From: the human T2T-CHM13v2.0 reference genome, Homo sapiens | Strand: one strand, 5' to 3' | Length of the DNA: 64,000 bases | Assembly (NCBI RefSeq): GCF_009914755.1 | Contig: NC_060947.1 | Notes under the pieces: generated by a model | What the model was told of the DNA's origin: nothing | Database searches by the model: none | What the model saw: the letters and a program-made list of their open reading frames with translations, nothing else | Made by a program: the position numbers and the translations under genes | Shown: piece after piece, positions 1-13,950 of the stretch | How the letters are laid out: each line of letters opens with the position of its first letter | Position numbering within the stretch: position 1 is the first letter of the stretch

Positions 1-659
1 GCTGTCTCTCTGGAGATATGCCGTATCTACCTATTGCCACAGTGAACTGCTAAGTTTTCTGCTATATAAAGATATTCCACCTCTTTACAGCCTCAAGGAC
101 AGTTGTCCTTCTTCCTTTGGATGATCTCAAAGGGTTACCTATTTTTCCCTTCTTCCCTTCTGTATCTAGGAAATCTTGTAGCTTTCAAAGCATTTCAAAT
201 ACAGAGGAAAATCTTTTAATCCCAGAAAGCAGCAACTTTTTACGGTAACACAAATCTCCCCTGAAGTAAATAGGAACAAATGTTGACTATCATCTTGAAG
301 TAGTGGTAGTAGAGTCACTGGAGAAAACAAACACAAATTAACGTTTCAATAAATTATACTGCCACAACTACAAATAGTTAGCTCTTCAAAAAAATTTATT
401 CATATGTCAACAAAATCCTTGTGCTGGAGACTCCAGTCTCTAATAGCTTTAGTGTCTTTAAGGGAACAATCACCTGACATCTATCCCTCACCATGCAAAC
501 TCTGGAAAGTTTGCTATACTGTACATCCTATTAGATCTTACTTGCAATAAATCTTAATAAACTTAGAGATAAAAATGTTGATTTTAAATGGTAAATTCTA
601 AATATATATATTTACTTGGAGGCTGACTGTATTTCCAAAGATGTTATTTCTGAATGTTA

Positions 660-1700
660 CTTCAGATCATTCCCAATCACCAAAGAGACGACCACTATCC
701 TGAAGTTGTGTGAATCATCTGTGTTCATGTTACCATACTTAACACAAATGTATTCTAAAATAAAACACACACACCTTCAGTGTATATACTTTTTAAACTT
801 ATATACTTTTTGAGACTGATTTTTTAAAAGACACATTATATTATAATCCACCCATGGTATCGCACACACAAATATTTAATTCAATTTAGCAACTGAATAA
901 TATCATTTTTGAGAATGTGCCATAATTTATTTCTCAAATTCCTTTAAGATGGCCATTTAAGTAATGTCTACTTTTTTATGATAAATAATGCTATATCAAA
1001 GTTATTGAAAGAGAAAAAATAAAATAGGAAAAACAATATAAACAATGCTACATTAAGATTCCAATGTGCATAGTTTCTAGTGTGCATGCGAAACAATTTC
1101 TTTGATGATAGAGAGGTTGAATTTTCTAAGGTTCTTGGCCCATTAAACTTTTTTTTTTATGGGGTTTGTTGCTCATTTGTCTACTCCATTGCGGAAGTTT
1201 TTTTTTTTCAAACACAATCTATTCATGTTTTTCTTTACTGTTTGTGGTTTTTAATGTTGTGTTTAAGAAAACCTTCTCTAACCTAATGTTGTAAAGCTAT
1301 TTTCATATTTTCTTCTAAAATGTTAATATTTTACCCTTAATATTTACATTTTCTTTCAATCTGGAAAGATTTTGTGTGCTTTATAGTAGGTTCTGATTCG
1401 TCTTTGTTCATATGGCTTTCCTATGCTCTCAACATCATTTATTAAAGGGTTCATCCTTTCTCTACAAGTTTGTAATTTCACAACAATATTTTTCTTAAAT
1501 CTATCCAATCTACATAATTTTCTGGGCTCCATGTTCAGTTCAGTTCTCTGTCTGCACCTTTTTTCTGCCAATACCACGTGGTTTTCATTACTATGACTAT
1601 TTAAATATTTATATTAGGTTGAATAGTTTTTTTCCTTCATAATTATTCTTAAATTCTTCATATCTTCCTCAAAAGTTTTTTGCCAGTTTTGACTTCCTAC
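660..1700 (-). mobile_element. Ancient L1M (L1ME-like) 3'-region fragments
   Basis: Decayed antisense L1 phrases such as gttcttggcccatt...ttttttatggggtttgtt and ctctcaacatcatttattaaaggg; T-rich. Boundaries approximate. Confidence 0.6.
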
Positions 1701-1701
1701 T

Positions 1702-1987
1702 TGTAATTATCGACTTGGCTGGGCCACAGTACCCATATAGTTGGTCAAATATCATTCTAGGTGTTTCTGTGAAGTTAATTTTTAAGATGAGATTAACGTT
1801 TAAATCAGCAGACTCTGAGTAAAGCTGATTACCCTCCATAATGTGGGAGGGCCTCATCCAATCAGTTGAAGGTATTAATAGAAGAAAACTAATCTCCCCC
1901 TCAAAAAAAAAAAAAAAATTCTGCCCACAGACTGCCATTGGACTCTAATTGTAACATAAATTCTTCTCTGAGTTTCTAGCCTGTCTG
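1702..1987 (+). mobile_element. MLT2 (ERVL) LTR, partial (MLT2C/D-like)
   Basis: gacttggctgggccacagtaccc...ggtcaaatatcattctaggtgtttctgtgaag...accctccataatgtgggagggcctcatccaatcagttgaagg resembles the MLT2 5' half. Confidence 0.8.
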
Positions 1988-1994
1988 TGGCTCT

Positions 1995-2215
1995 CTAGTT
2001 GTTCCAGAACCATTTGTTGTAAAAGCTATTCTTTCCACCACTGAATGGTTTTGACACCTTGTCAAAAATCAGTTTACCATAGACATATGGTTTTATTTCT
2101 GGACTTTTGATTCTGTTCTATAAATCTATATATCTATCCTTGTGTGAGCATACCACTGCCTTGATAATTGCCTTGTAGTACGTTTTGAAATTAAAAAGTG
2201 CGAGTCCTCCTACAA
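1995..2215 (-). mobile_element. L1M ORF2 fragment
   Basis: ctagttgttccagaaccatttgttg...gacaccttgtcaaaaatcagtttaccatag...ttttgaaattaaaaagtgcgagtcctcc is antisense L1 ORF2. Confidence 0.75.
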
Positions 2216-3487
2216 GCTAGAATCTGTTAGTATAATTTATTATTTATTTATTTCCTGTTTGTTCTATTTGTTTTACTAATTAGTTTATCTTCCCAGCCCA
2301 ATTCATTTAATTCTTCTGTTGCAAATGTAGTTCATTAATTTTTAAAATGATTTCTTTCAAATATTCATACATAGGTATACAGAAAGCTAGATAGATACAG
2401 ATTACAAGTATTGATTTAAAGGTTTCCTGGAAGGTTTTCTTTTTCTTTTCTAAATAATATACTTAATAAATTCTAATACTAATTCTTCATTAAATAATGA
2501 AAACAAAGTTCACAATATAAAATATCAATGCAGTAAAACTAAACCACTATAAATATCCAATAACTCCAAAAGAAGGAAAATAAAAATGAAAGAGTGTTGA
2601 CAAGACAAATAAAAAGAAAAATAGTTTAAACAATAAAAAAAATCAGTAATTACACTTAATGGAAATGAATTAGTTGCTTCAAATAAAAAGAAAGTGGCAG
2701 GCTATATAAAATTACATGTAACTATATGTTACCTTCAAAAGCCATACCCAAAGAAAGTGGAAGAAATAAATAATAAATAAAAGAACAGAAAGTAATGACA
2801 CAGAGAACAAAAAATAGAGATTAAAAAGCCAACACTTGCCTCCTATAAACGACTAATAAAATCAACAATGTACTTGAGAGACTATATATTAAACAAATAA
2901 AAAGCAATAAGGGGTAAAACAACCAATATCAGAAATATAATGATGTCATAAACATATATATTACCATGTTTACAAAAACAAAAATGGAGATACGTTTACG
3001 AATACACTTTAAAACTTTTAAATATCACAATTCACTAGAAACATACAACATCAAAATACATTTAAAAAGAAATAGAAAATTATATATACATTTATACATT
3101 ATAGAAATTGAGTCAACACGCAATCCTCTTTCTACGACAAACGCTTAAATCCCAAAGAGTTTCACCAGTGTGCTCTAATAAACATTCAAAGATGAAATAA
3201 TTCCAATCCTACACAGACTCTTCTGAGAATAGAAAAGGAACACTCTCCACTTTTTCACTTCGTATTTTCTTAATTTCAGGAAGAGGAAGAACAGTACAAG
3301 AAAAGACAATTACAAGCATTGCCATCCAAGGGAATAAATGGTAAACATAATATAAGCCAGTTGAATCCATCATTATATTAAAAGTTAAATTCACATCAGA
3401 AAGAAAAAGTTATTTTATACTACAAAATTAAGGGAAGTTACTATGTAATAAACAAATTACATAAAAAGTATCTTATTGCTTCAACAG

Positions 3488-3587
3488 CAGATACTTGCAC
3501 ACACGTTTAAAGCAGCACAATTCACGATTGCAAAAATATGGACCCAGCCCAAATGCCCATCAATCAATGAGTGGATAAAGAAAATTA

Positions 3588-3636
<49 letters not shown>

Positions 3637-3760
3637 CACTGCTTGAGTTATGGGTGCATCAAAATCTCAGAAATCCCTGCTAAAGAACTTGTGCGTGTAA
3701 CAAAACACCACCTGTTCCCCAAAAACCTATTGAAATAAAAATTAAAAATTGAAAAACATA
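3488..3760 (+). mobile_element. L1PB 3' end with internal deletion at a (TA)n tract
   Basis: gatacttgcacacacgttt...cccaaatgcccatcaatcaatgagtggataaag, then (TA)n, then tacactgcttgagttatgggtgcatcaaaatctcagaaat...cacctgttccccaaaaacctattgaaataaaa. Confidence 0.85.
3588..3634. repeat. (TG)4(TA)19 microsatellite
   Basis: Directly visible. Confidence 0.95.
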
Positions 3761-5054
3761 AATACAATTTTCCAAATCAGTGGACAAAAGATAAAAAGGC
3801 ACACAAACACAAAAACAAAACCCTTAGAAAATCTTACCAAAGTATAATAGAAATAGAAACCTTCTTAATGGAAAAAACACCATCAAACAATAACATCACA
3901 GTTAATGTTAAGATGATTTAAGATTCATTTTGAAATCAGAAACAAGACAAGAATGCCTTCTATCAGCATTTCTATTTAGTGTTGTACTGGATATCCTAGC
4001 CAGGGCAGAAAGTCAAGAAATAGAACCAAAATGCCCAAAGATTGGAAAGGAAAAAACACAACTGGTGCTATTCCTATACAACATTGGTAAGTACTGAGAA
4101 AATACAGAATAATCTACAAGAAATTGCTAGTATTTATAAGAGAATTTAATAAGATTTCTGGATAAAAATCAATAAAAATAAATTGTAGTTTTATATAACT
4201 GCAACTAACAGAAAGTAAAATTAAAAATAAATAAATCTTTTCTGATGGCACAAAAAGTTGAAGCGGTAATAAATCTAACAAGATGTGTAAAGTCTCTACA
4301 GACAATATTATAATACTTTTTCAATTTGTACTTGTCAATTAAGGAATGAATTTTTAAAAAGGACGGGTATAGAGACACAGCAAACAGACAAGAATATGTA
4401 TAAGCACTTGTATGGTGGAGTCATCGCTGCAGCTTACTAAAGAAATCAACGATTTGATTAAGAAGTGGTGAGCGATAGGGTATCCATAAGGAAAACATTT
4501 ATAATTAAAATTTGACACTTACTTCACACCATAAATAAAGTTATTTCCAGGTAACGACCTAAATCTGAAAGATTCACAAATATATTTTAAAAGACAATTT
4601 AGGAGGTTAGCTTCATGCCACACAGTAAAAAGTTATTTTCCTAAGATAGGAAAAGTACAATATTTTTTTTTAAATAATATATTTAACTACATTAAATTAA
4701 GAAATATTTTCCACTAGAGAAAACCCCAGGTAGTTAAAAGGCAAGCTATGCAACAGAGCGTGAAAAAATCATTGTAACTGATAATACCAATAAAGACCAG
4801 CTATTCATAATATAAAAGTACTCTTATACAGCCTGAAGAAAAAGACAACCTAATTTAAAAATGGGAAAAAATTTCAACAGATTTTTTTACAATGACAAAT
4901 TTCAAAAGTCAATTGTTAATGAGATGGGCATTCATCCTTCCCATTGTCAATAGATAAGTATATTTAAATATCACAATCTCTTTAATAGACATGAAAACTA
5001 AAATTCAAACCATAATGAAGTGCCATTACATAACCATTAGATAGGAGGCATTAA

Positions 5055-5183
5055 CCCATTTATGCCTGAGGTTGCAATGTTTTGAATTTTTCCAATCAGA
5101 CCTTGGTGATGACTTGAGCAGTAGGATATAAATAGCTCCCACATGGTTAGCCTTCCAATAATGGAACACTAGGCATAAATGGG
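5055..5183 (-). mobile_element. MER85 non-autonomous piggyBac (PGBD3-derived MITE)
   Basis: TIRs cccatttatgcct / aggcataaatggg, flanked by TTAA (5051-5054) and CTAA (5184-5187, one mismatch); internal palindrome cttccaataatggaac. Confidence 0.93.
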
Positions 5184-5387
5184 CTAATAAGTGAAAATAA
5201 CTAATGTTGTCAAATAATTTAAATATGAGAAACTTCCACTGTTGTTCGAAGTGAAAATTGATTTGACCCCTTGTGAAATACCTTGACATTATCTTGAGGT
5301 TAAGGATATATTTTTTTCTGTGACTCATTCCATTCCCGAAACTTCCCTGTGATGCTGCGTTCCACTACCAAGGGAAATGTGTTCTCA

Positions 5388-5768
<381 letters not shown>

Positions 5769-6919
5769 TCAATAGTATTATAGGAATGCATGTATAAGTG
5801 GTAAATTTACAAAGAAAAGCAGTGAATTGATTAACACACAAGTTAAGTGAGTGGCTATAGATTTTATTAAGGGAGGATTTTGAGATGATGCAAGGCAGAG
5901 GGAATTCCGAGGTGTTGGCAACTTCTTATTTCTTGACCTGTATAATGGTGATGTTTGTTTTTACTTCATAATTACTCATTAAATGTACATATATTTTATT
6001 TAGTTTCTATATACTATCACTAAACAAAACAAATATTGTACCTAGGGTTCTAAGTACATGGGAATGCTGCTACAGAAAAATACTTGTCTCCACAGTGATG
6101 CTGGCTGGGGCAACACCCAGGGCAACAGGATAATTGCCTTTCCTAACAATCTCATGTGAATGCATAGTTTGTTGAATCTTTTTCACATCAAGATCCCAAA
6201 TCAAAAGAGAGCCTGGGAATTATTTTTAAGTTTACTAGAGCCGGCAATTTAGAAAGGCGCACTAGAAAGTAGACAAACTAGACCCTGAATGTCAATTATA
6301 ATACCATCTGAACTCTTCAAATATCATTGGTTCTTTAAGTTGGCTTGTTAATGAGATGGGCATTCATCCTTCCCATTGTCAATAAACAATATAGTGCATA
6401 TATTCACTGAACTGTGTCACAACTCACACCTGCTAAGTGACATTTTCAAACTGACTTCGTTAATTTGGTCTAGCATGTAGAGAAATAATTTCTCTTGCTT
6501 TACCAGAGCCCTTAAAACTCCCGAACCCAATTTCATTATTTACATACAACTACACTTCCAAATCCTCCTATAAATAGCCATTCTGTCCATTAAATACAGG
6601 AAGGAGTTTGGTTCAAAGGTTGCTCTGAAGCATTTTCTTAATGGAAAAAATATTTCATCAGAAAAATAAATTTTCATTCTCCTCAGGTTTAGTCTTTCAA
6701 TGGGCATCAAGTAATATTCACTCTTGCCTCAAATCTAAAACACACACATAAACAACACACAAATCATCCCTGACTACACAGGCCATGCCACTCTCTGAAT
6801 CTCGGTTTTGGCACATGGTGAATTAATGAATCATGGTTTGTTTCCTCAAACTGCTATAGTGCACACAACACACACACTCGCACAGACCGATTTTCTAAGT
6901 CTTTTAAAATATCATCACA

Positions 6920-8544
6920 CACAAATAAATGGAAAAACTATTCCATGCTCATGGATTGGAAAAATCAATATAATAAAAATGGCCATACTGCCCAAAGCAA
7001 TTTACAAATTTAGTGCTATTCCCTATCAAACTACTAATGTCACTTTTCACAGAATTAGAAGAAAGTTATTTTAAAATTCATATGGAACCAAAAAGGAGCT
7101 CAAGTAGCCAAAGCAATCCTAAGCAAAAAGAACCAAGCCAGAAGCATCACACTACCCAACTTCAAACTATACAATAAAGCCACGGTAAGCAAAACAGCTT
7201 GATACTGGTACAAAAACAGACACCTAGACTAAAATAACAGATTAGAAAACTCAGAAATAAAGTTGAACACCAACAACCATCTGATGGTCAACAAGGCTGA
7301 CAAAAACAACCAATGGGAAAAGGACTCCCTATTCAATAAATGGTGCTGGGATAACTGCCTAGTCATATGCAGAAGATTGAAGCCTCCCTTTTACCATCTA
7401 CAAAAATTAACTCAAAATGGATTAAAGATTTAAATATGATAACTCAAACTAAAAAATCCCAGAAGATAACCTTGGAAATACTCTTCTTGACATTGGCCTT
7501 GGCAAAGAATTTTTGGCTAAGTCCCCAAAAGCAATTGCAACAAAACAAAAATAGACAAGTGGGGCCTAATTAAAGAGCTTCTGCACAGCAAAAGAATCAA
7601 CAGATCAAAGAGGCAACCTACAGAATTGGAGAAGTTATTCACAAACTATGCATCTGACAAAGAACTAATATCCAGAGTCTATAGGGAACTTAAATCAACA
7701 AGCAGAAAACAACCCCATTAAAAAATGGGCAAAGGACATTAACAGACACTTTTCAGAAGACATAAAAGTGGCCAAAAAACATAAAAAAAATTTTCAGCAT
7801 CACTAATCATCAGAGAAGTGCAAATCAAAACCATAAGGAGATAGATATCATCTCACACCGGTCAGAATGGCTATTATTAAAAAGTCAAAAAATAACAGAT
7901 GCTGGCAAGGCTGTGGAGAAAAGGGAACACTTATACACTGTTCATGGGAATGTAAATTAGTTCAGCCACTGTGGAAAGCATTCTGGGGATTTCTCAAAGA
8001 AATGAAAACAGTGCTACTATTAGATCAGCAATCCCATTACTGGGTTTATACCTAAAAGGAAATAAACCATTTAACCAAAAAGACACATGCACTCATATGT
8101 TCATCACTGTGCTATTCACAATAGCGAAGGCATGGAATCAACCCAGGTACCCATCAATGGTAGACTGGATGAAGAAAATGTGGTACATATACACCATGGA
8201 ATACTTTGCATCCACAAAAACAATAAAATCATGTCCTTTGCAGCAACGTGGATGGAGCTGGAGGCCATAATCCCAAGCAAATTAATGCAGGAACAGAAAG
8301 TCAAATACCACATGTTCTCACTTAAAAGTGGGAGCTGTGCATTGAGCACACATAAACATAAATAGTGGAATAGACACTGTGGACTACTAGACTGTCTAGG
8401 ACAGGGGATTGGGCTAAAAACTACCTATCAGGTACGATACTCACTACTAGGGTGATGGGATCTGTACTCCAAACCTCAGCGTCACACAATATTCCCATGT
8501 AACAAATCTGCGCAGGTACTGCCTGTATCTACAATAAAAGTTGA
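6920..8544 (+). mobile_element. L1PA15-17-like 5'-truncated LINE-1
   Basis: ORF2 peptides in the ORF track ([50 protein letters not shown]); 3' UTR ending ccatgtaacaaatctgcgc...aataaaagttga. Confidence 0.9.
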
Positions 8545-8779
8545 TAGCACAACAGGAGGACTATAGTGAATAGTAATTTAATTGTACATTATGAAATAAC
8601 TAAAAGAGTATAATTAGATTATTGTAACACAAAGAATAAATGCTTGAGGGGACGAATACCTCATTTTTCATGATGGTATTATTACACATTGTATGCCTGT
8701 ATCAAAACACCTCATGTACCCCAAAATATATATACCTACTAAGTGCCAACAAATATTAAAAATAAAAAATAAATAAGTG
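8545..8779 (+). mobile_element. L1MA1-3-type 3' end inserted into the tail of the preceding L1
   Basis: tagcacaacaggaggactatag...cctcatgtaccccaaaatatatatacctac, flanked by the direct repeat ataaaagttga (8534-8544 and 8780-8790). Confidence 0.85.
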
Positions 8780-8828
8780 ATAAAAGTTGAAATTCAAATA
8801 AGTAAATAAATAAATTGTAATTACAATT

Positions 8829-9490
8829 AAAAGGGAACACTTTTACACTGCTGACTGAAATGTGAATTAGGACAACCATTAGGGAAAACAGTATGGAGAT
8901 TCCTTAGAGAACTAAAGGCAGAACTACCATTCGCCAGCAATCCCACCACTGGGTATCTACCCAATGGTAAAAAAGCCATTACATAAAAAGACACATACAC
9001 ACACATGTTTATAGCAGCAAAATTCATAATTGCAAAGATATGGAACCAACCTAAATGCCCATCGAGGGATAATGAGAGGATCAATAAAATCCGCTGTATA
9101 TACACCATAGAATACTACTCAGCCATAAAAAGGAACAAAATAGTGTCATTTGCAGCAACTTGGATGAAGCTGGAGGCCATTCTTCTAAGTGAAATAACTC
9201 AGGAATGAAAACCAAATATTGTATGTTTTTACTTATAAGTGAGAGCTGAGCTATGAGGAGGCAAAGGCATAAAACCGATAAAATGCGCTTTGGGGCCTCA
9301 GGAGGGAAGGTTGGAAGGAGGGTGAGGGATAAAAGACTACACATTGAATACCGTGTACACTGCTCAGGTGACAGGTGCACTAAAATCTCAGAAATTGCCA
9401 CTAACAAAATTAATCCATGTAACTGAAAACCACCTGTACTCCAAAAGCTAATTTAAAAAAAACCTCTAAATACAAAAAAAATCAAAAAAT
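8829..9490 (+). mobile_element. L1PB (PB2/PB3-like) 3' end
   Basis: aaaagggaacacttttacactgctg...gtacactgctcaggtgacaggtgcactaaaatctcagaaatt...aaaaccacctgtactccaaaagcta. Confidence 0.9.
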
Positions 9491-11152
9491 GAAATGAAAT
9501 GAAATATCATCGTAATTGAATAAGCTTACAATCTTGTTATAACTAAGATGTCATGACAAGATTTCCTAGTATGGTACCATAAACCATCAATCTCAGATGA
9601 CTCAATCATTCTGAAAATCTCTACAAAATATAGCATTCTACAGTCGTAGTTCCCCTTTTGCACAGCTCCTACCCGGCTCATAGAGAAGAGAATTTTTTGT
9701 GAATAAGTTATAACTTCTCTTTAAACATCCTTTCCATTTTTAGGCTACTTGAGATTTCATAAATTTAAAGCTGTTAATACAATGAAGTCAAATCTTACCT
9801 TGATATCTGATTATGTGCTAGCAAAGATTATTGATTATTTTTAATATGGGATAAATTCATAATTACCCTTGAAAACCTCTTAAATCAATCATAATATACA
9901 ATGTCAACTAAATCATTTTTATCAGTTTCTCTAAAGCTTCTTTAGTCAATTTCCTTTACCCATGGCTCCCAATTAGCTCTTTAATTAATTATTTGAAGCT
10001 GGCAGGGAATCACAAACCCCTAAACAATGTATTTTTCTTCTTCTCATTGGTACCTAATAGGTTTTCTTTTCACTAGTTTCAAGCCAGGTTTCAAATGAAG
10101 CTGGAATTAAATACTGTATCAAATACAGTGGCCCCTCCAATTTTGCCATATCATTCAGGGATCTTTCCTCCCTTTTCATAGACAATCTAATTTTCCTTTT
10201 AGAATCCACCTTGAATGATGCAGACACAAAAACCACCTTCTTTAAATTTCTTTCCACTATTCATACTTTGCCCAATAACACCTAGTGAAAAATTCCTATA
10301 GAAATGAATAACCTCATGAAAATTATTAACTTGTGCATTCAGGTTAAGCCATGCATTCTCAAACTCGACAGTCAGTGCTTCCATGTCAAGATTACTGCTT
10401 TTCTCATGTTACCCTCCTGCTGAAAGAGTGTTCATTACATCAATCTGCAGAAACTGTGTGCACTCCCCTTCCTCAGTAACAATCTGGTAAGTAGTTTAGA
10501 TGAATGATGGAGTGTTTCTTGGCTGATTTCTATGCTATTCTTTGATGGAGGCACGGCCATATGTTATGTCACAGTAGAATAATCTCAGACAAGCCCACAA
10601 ATACATAAATCCTTAGTTACATAGATTTTAATGTCTGGAAGAGCATGAAATTGTTTCTGTTACTAGAAGAAAACACTACTTTACAAATACAAGACACATA
10701 GAGATTAGCAGTTGACACAGACAATTCTTTCTTTTTTATCCGTTTAAAATCCATACAGTTTATCTTTAATGGCATCTCTGAAGGTTTATGCTAATTTTCC
10801 ACTTCTTCCACAGTGACCTTATTTTCTTTGTCACTCTTCTCTCTCTTCAAGGTCATTGTTATCAGAAAATAGGCTCCATTCTTCTTTATTTTCAGCCGTC
10901 TAGGTATGTGGGTAAGCATATTGTGGGAGACCCTACAAACTGCTTCCCCTGAAGACCCTATGAAATAATCTTTAGATCTTTCAGCTAAACATCTATAATC
11001 AAAATTTCTCTTGGAAACATCAAAAGCCATTAGTTGATGTTATGATAATAGACATTTTTCTCTCTTTTCTTATGTTAGCTGAAGCTCTCTTCTAGGAAGG
11101 GGAATGAGGAAAGAGTAGTTAAAGTAGGGAGCAATCTTACCTTACTGCATAA

Positions 11153-11512
<360 letters not shown>

Positions 11513-11911
11513 CGGCACTTTTTCTGTAGGAGGTGATGGCACAACAATTTAGTATTCTTATAAGAGAAGTGGAATTTTTAAAATATTATTACTTTTTTAA
11601 GGTAGAGAGAATGTACCTCCATAATAATGCTTTCTGACTTTTTACTTTATTTCTTAACTTCTGAACCCTAAAGCTATTCAGGCACTGTTTTTATGGTAGT
11701 TCTGGAACTATCAGATAGTAGGAGAAATTATAGATCTTTCTCCAAAGTCAAAAGTCAGTTTACTAACCAGAGGCACAATTTAAAGACTTTTTCCTTCAAA
11801 TAAATCAAATCCCTGTAGTCTTTAACTCAAAAAATCCCTTACCTCCATTGTTAATTTGCGAAGATAAAATTTTAAAGTTCACTGAGCTATATTTTCCACC
11901 TAAATTATGTA

Positions 11912-12757
11912 CAGGTTGAGCATCCTTAATCTGAATGAAAATCTAAAATTCAAAATGCTCCAAAATTTAAAGCTTTTTGAGCATCAACATGACACCTCAA
12001 GTAAAAAGTTCCACACCTGACCTCATACGATGGGTCACAGTTAATACACAGGTACACAACACACGGTTTATTCAGCTTCCCCAAGGGAAAAATGATTCTG
12101 CCAGCCATTTAAAAAAGACATTCAATAGAATGCCTCTTCCTGCCTAGATGCTTCTGGGGCCCCACTACTGCTTCTGAGGTTTCTTCTCACCTAGAAAAAT
12201 AAGATAGAGTGTACAGTAACTTTTTAGTAAAAACACAGCATTGTATGTGGAGACTGAAAATACTTGCCATTGTTTGTTGTTGCTGTTGTTGAACAGTTGA
12301 TACAGGTATTCTGGTAATGCTACTGTGCTGCTTAGTTATCCCCAAAACATTATGTTTTTACCGTATTAATAGTATATCATTTTGTATTGTCAAGTATTTA
12401 TATGTGAATAATTGTAAAGAAATGAATGCTTATGAGTAGCATATAAATTCAGAGTCAGGAATGATGGTAATGCCAAAAAAACAGATTTTCCACATGGGTG
12501 ACTGCAATAATGACACCTTTGCTTCCAGATGCTTCAACATATACAAACTTTGTTTCATGCACAAAATTATTAAAAGTATAAAACTATCATCAGGATATGT
12601 TTATGTCTACATGGAACATAAGTAAATTTAATCTTTAGACTTGAGTCTCATCCCAAGATATCTCATTATGTATATGCAAATGTTTCCCAATCTGGAAAAA
12701 TCCAAAACCTGAAACACTTCTGGTCTCAAGCATTTTGGAAATTGGATACTCAATCTG
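11912..12757. mobile_element. Tigger4 (Zombi/MER46) internally deleted TcMar-Tigger element
   Basis: TIRs caggttgagcatcc / ggatactcaatctg with TA on both sides; aaaatgctccaaaat and ttccacacctgacctcat motifs. Confidence 0.88.
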
Positions 12758-13299
12758 TATTCCATTAAAATAAAAGGATAAGGGATACTAAATAGGCCAA
12801 GATCCTCTCATGTCATGTAATGTCTTCCAACAAAAGTAATTGTGATAACTACAATGCCATATTTGTTATCAACTATGTGTCTGTTACAAAATATACTATT
12901 GGAAGACCAGGTTAATGATACATACTTTGAGAAATTCCAAGCTAAAGAATTTATTTAAGTAAACATGCAAACACTTCATTTATTTTTATTATGTTATTAT
13001 AGTTTTTAGACAGCTTTTCAAGCCAACATCTCCAAGAAGCTACAAAGTTTCGCACATGTTCTCCTCTAAGTACCTGTTCTGATTGATTATAAACCTCAGT
13101 GCTGATGAATAAAAGGAAAGACTGTATTCCTATGACTTCAGTCTGCCCATTGGTGATTGAGACAGGATCCTTGTCCTGTCACTCCAGTGTCAGTGGTCTC
13201 TGCTAATGTGGGATGAGTTCCCTGTGTGACCTCAGCATGGGAAGGGGCCATGGTTAATTCATATCTTTGCCTCTTTTACCATGGAAAACCTTCAAAATA

Positions 13300-13442
13300 G
13301 AAGCCACATCTTCAACCACTGCCAGCAGTAACCCCATTCAACTCATTTTCTGGGTTATGATCACAGTAACTCAGAGAAAGAGTCGGACTCAGATAATGAG
13401 TCAGAGAGGGTTACTGCTAGCAGTGGCTGAGGATGCGACTTC
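13300..13442. repeat. Imperfect inverted repeat, 57-bp arms with 29-nt loop (origin unassigned)
   Basis: 13300-13356 versus the reverse complement of 13386-13442: 44/57 ungapped matches by hand alignment. Confidence 0.9.
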
Positions 13443-13509
13443 AGTCCTCTTTTAAGCTGAGTTTGAAAGTGACCTGAAGGTTTGGTACTACTATTATCTC
13501 TTACCCAGA

Positions 13510-13950
13510 AAAATCATTTCTTCTACCATGTCTTATCTGCTATTAAGCACATTCAGTGATTTTTTTAAAATCTCAGACACTTAAAATTTGGCTAATAGCA
13601 ACTCTATTGGGTCTTTTTTCTGTATTTTCCAGATTTCTGCTTAAATTTTTTAACATATGGAGTACAATTATGATAGCTATTTTAATTTCCTTATCTTCTA
13701 CTTCTAACATCTGTGTCAGATATGGGTTTCTTTTGAGTGATTGATTGTTCTCCTCATTATAGCTCATATTTTCTGGTCTTTTTATACCTGGTATTCTTTG
13801 GTTTGACACCATAAATTATGAATTTCACCTTGTGGTGGTGCTGAATGTTTTTTATTCCAATAAATATTATTGAGTTTTGTTTCAGGACATATTTAAGTCA
13901 TTTGGAAAAGTTTTAATCTTTTGGAATCTTGCCTTTAAGATTTGTTTTGC
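13510..13950 (-). mobile_element. Ancient L1M ORF1/5'-region fragment
   Basis: Antisense L1M phrases (ctgctattaagcacattcagtgatttttt, tctaacatctgtgtcagatatggg); the minus ORF 13573-13812 (TQMLEVEDKEIKIAIIIVL) resembles an L1 ORF1 remnant. Confidence 0.7.

Noticed and set aside
10054-11030. Minus-strand ORFs of 61-79 aa as exons or a processed pseudogene
   Set aside because: No recognisable homology, no consistent splice or poly(A)/TSD structure, and lengths expected by chance.
13427-13490. Hammerhead ribozyme (CTGAGGA...GAAA) in the right arm of the hairpin
   Set aside because: The CUGANGA box is present, but stem II does not close properly onto GAAA and I could not build stems I and III or a cleavage triplet.
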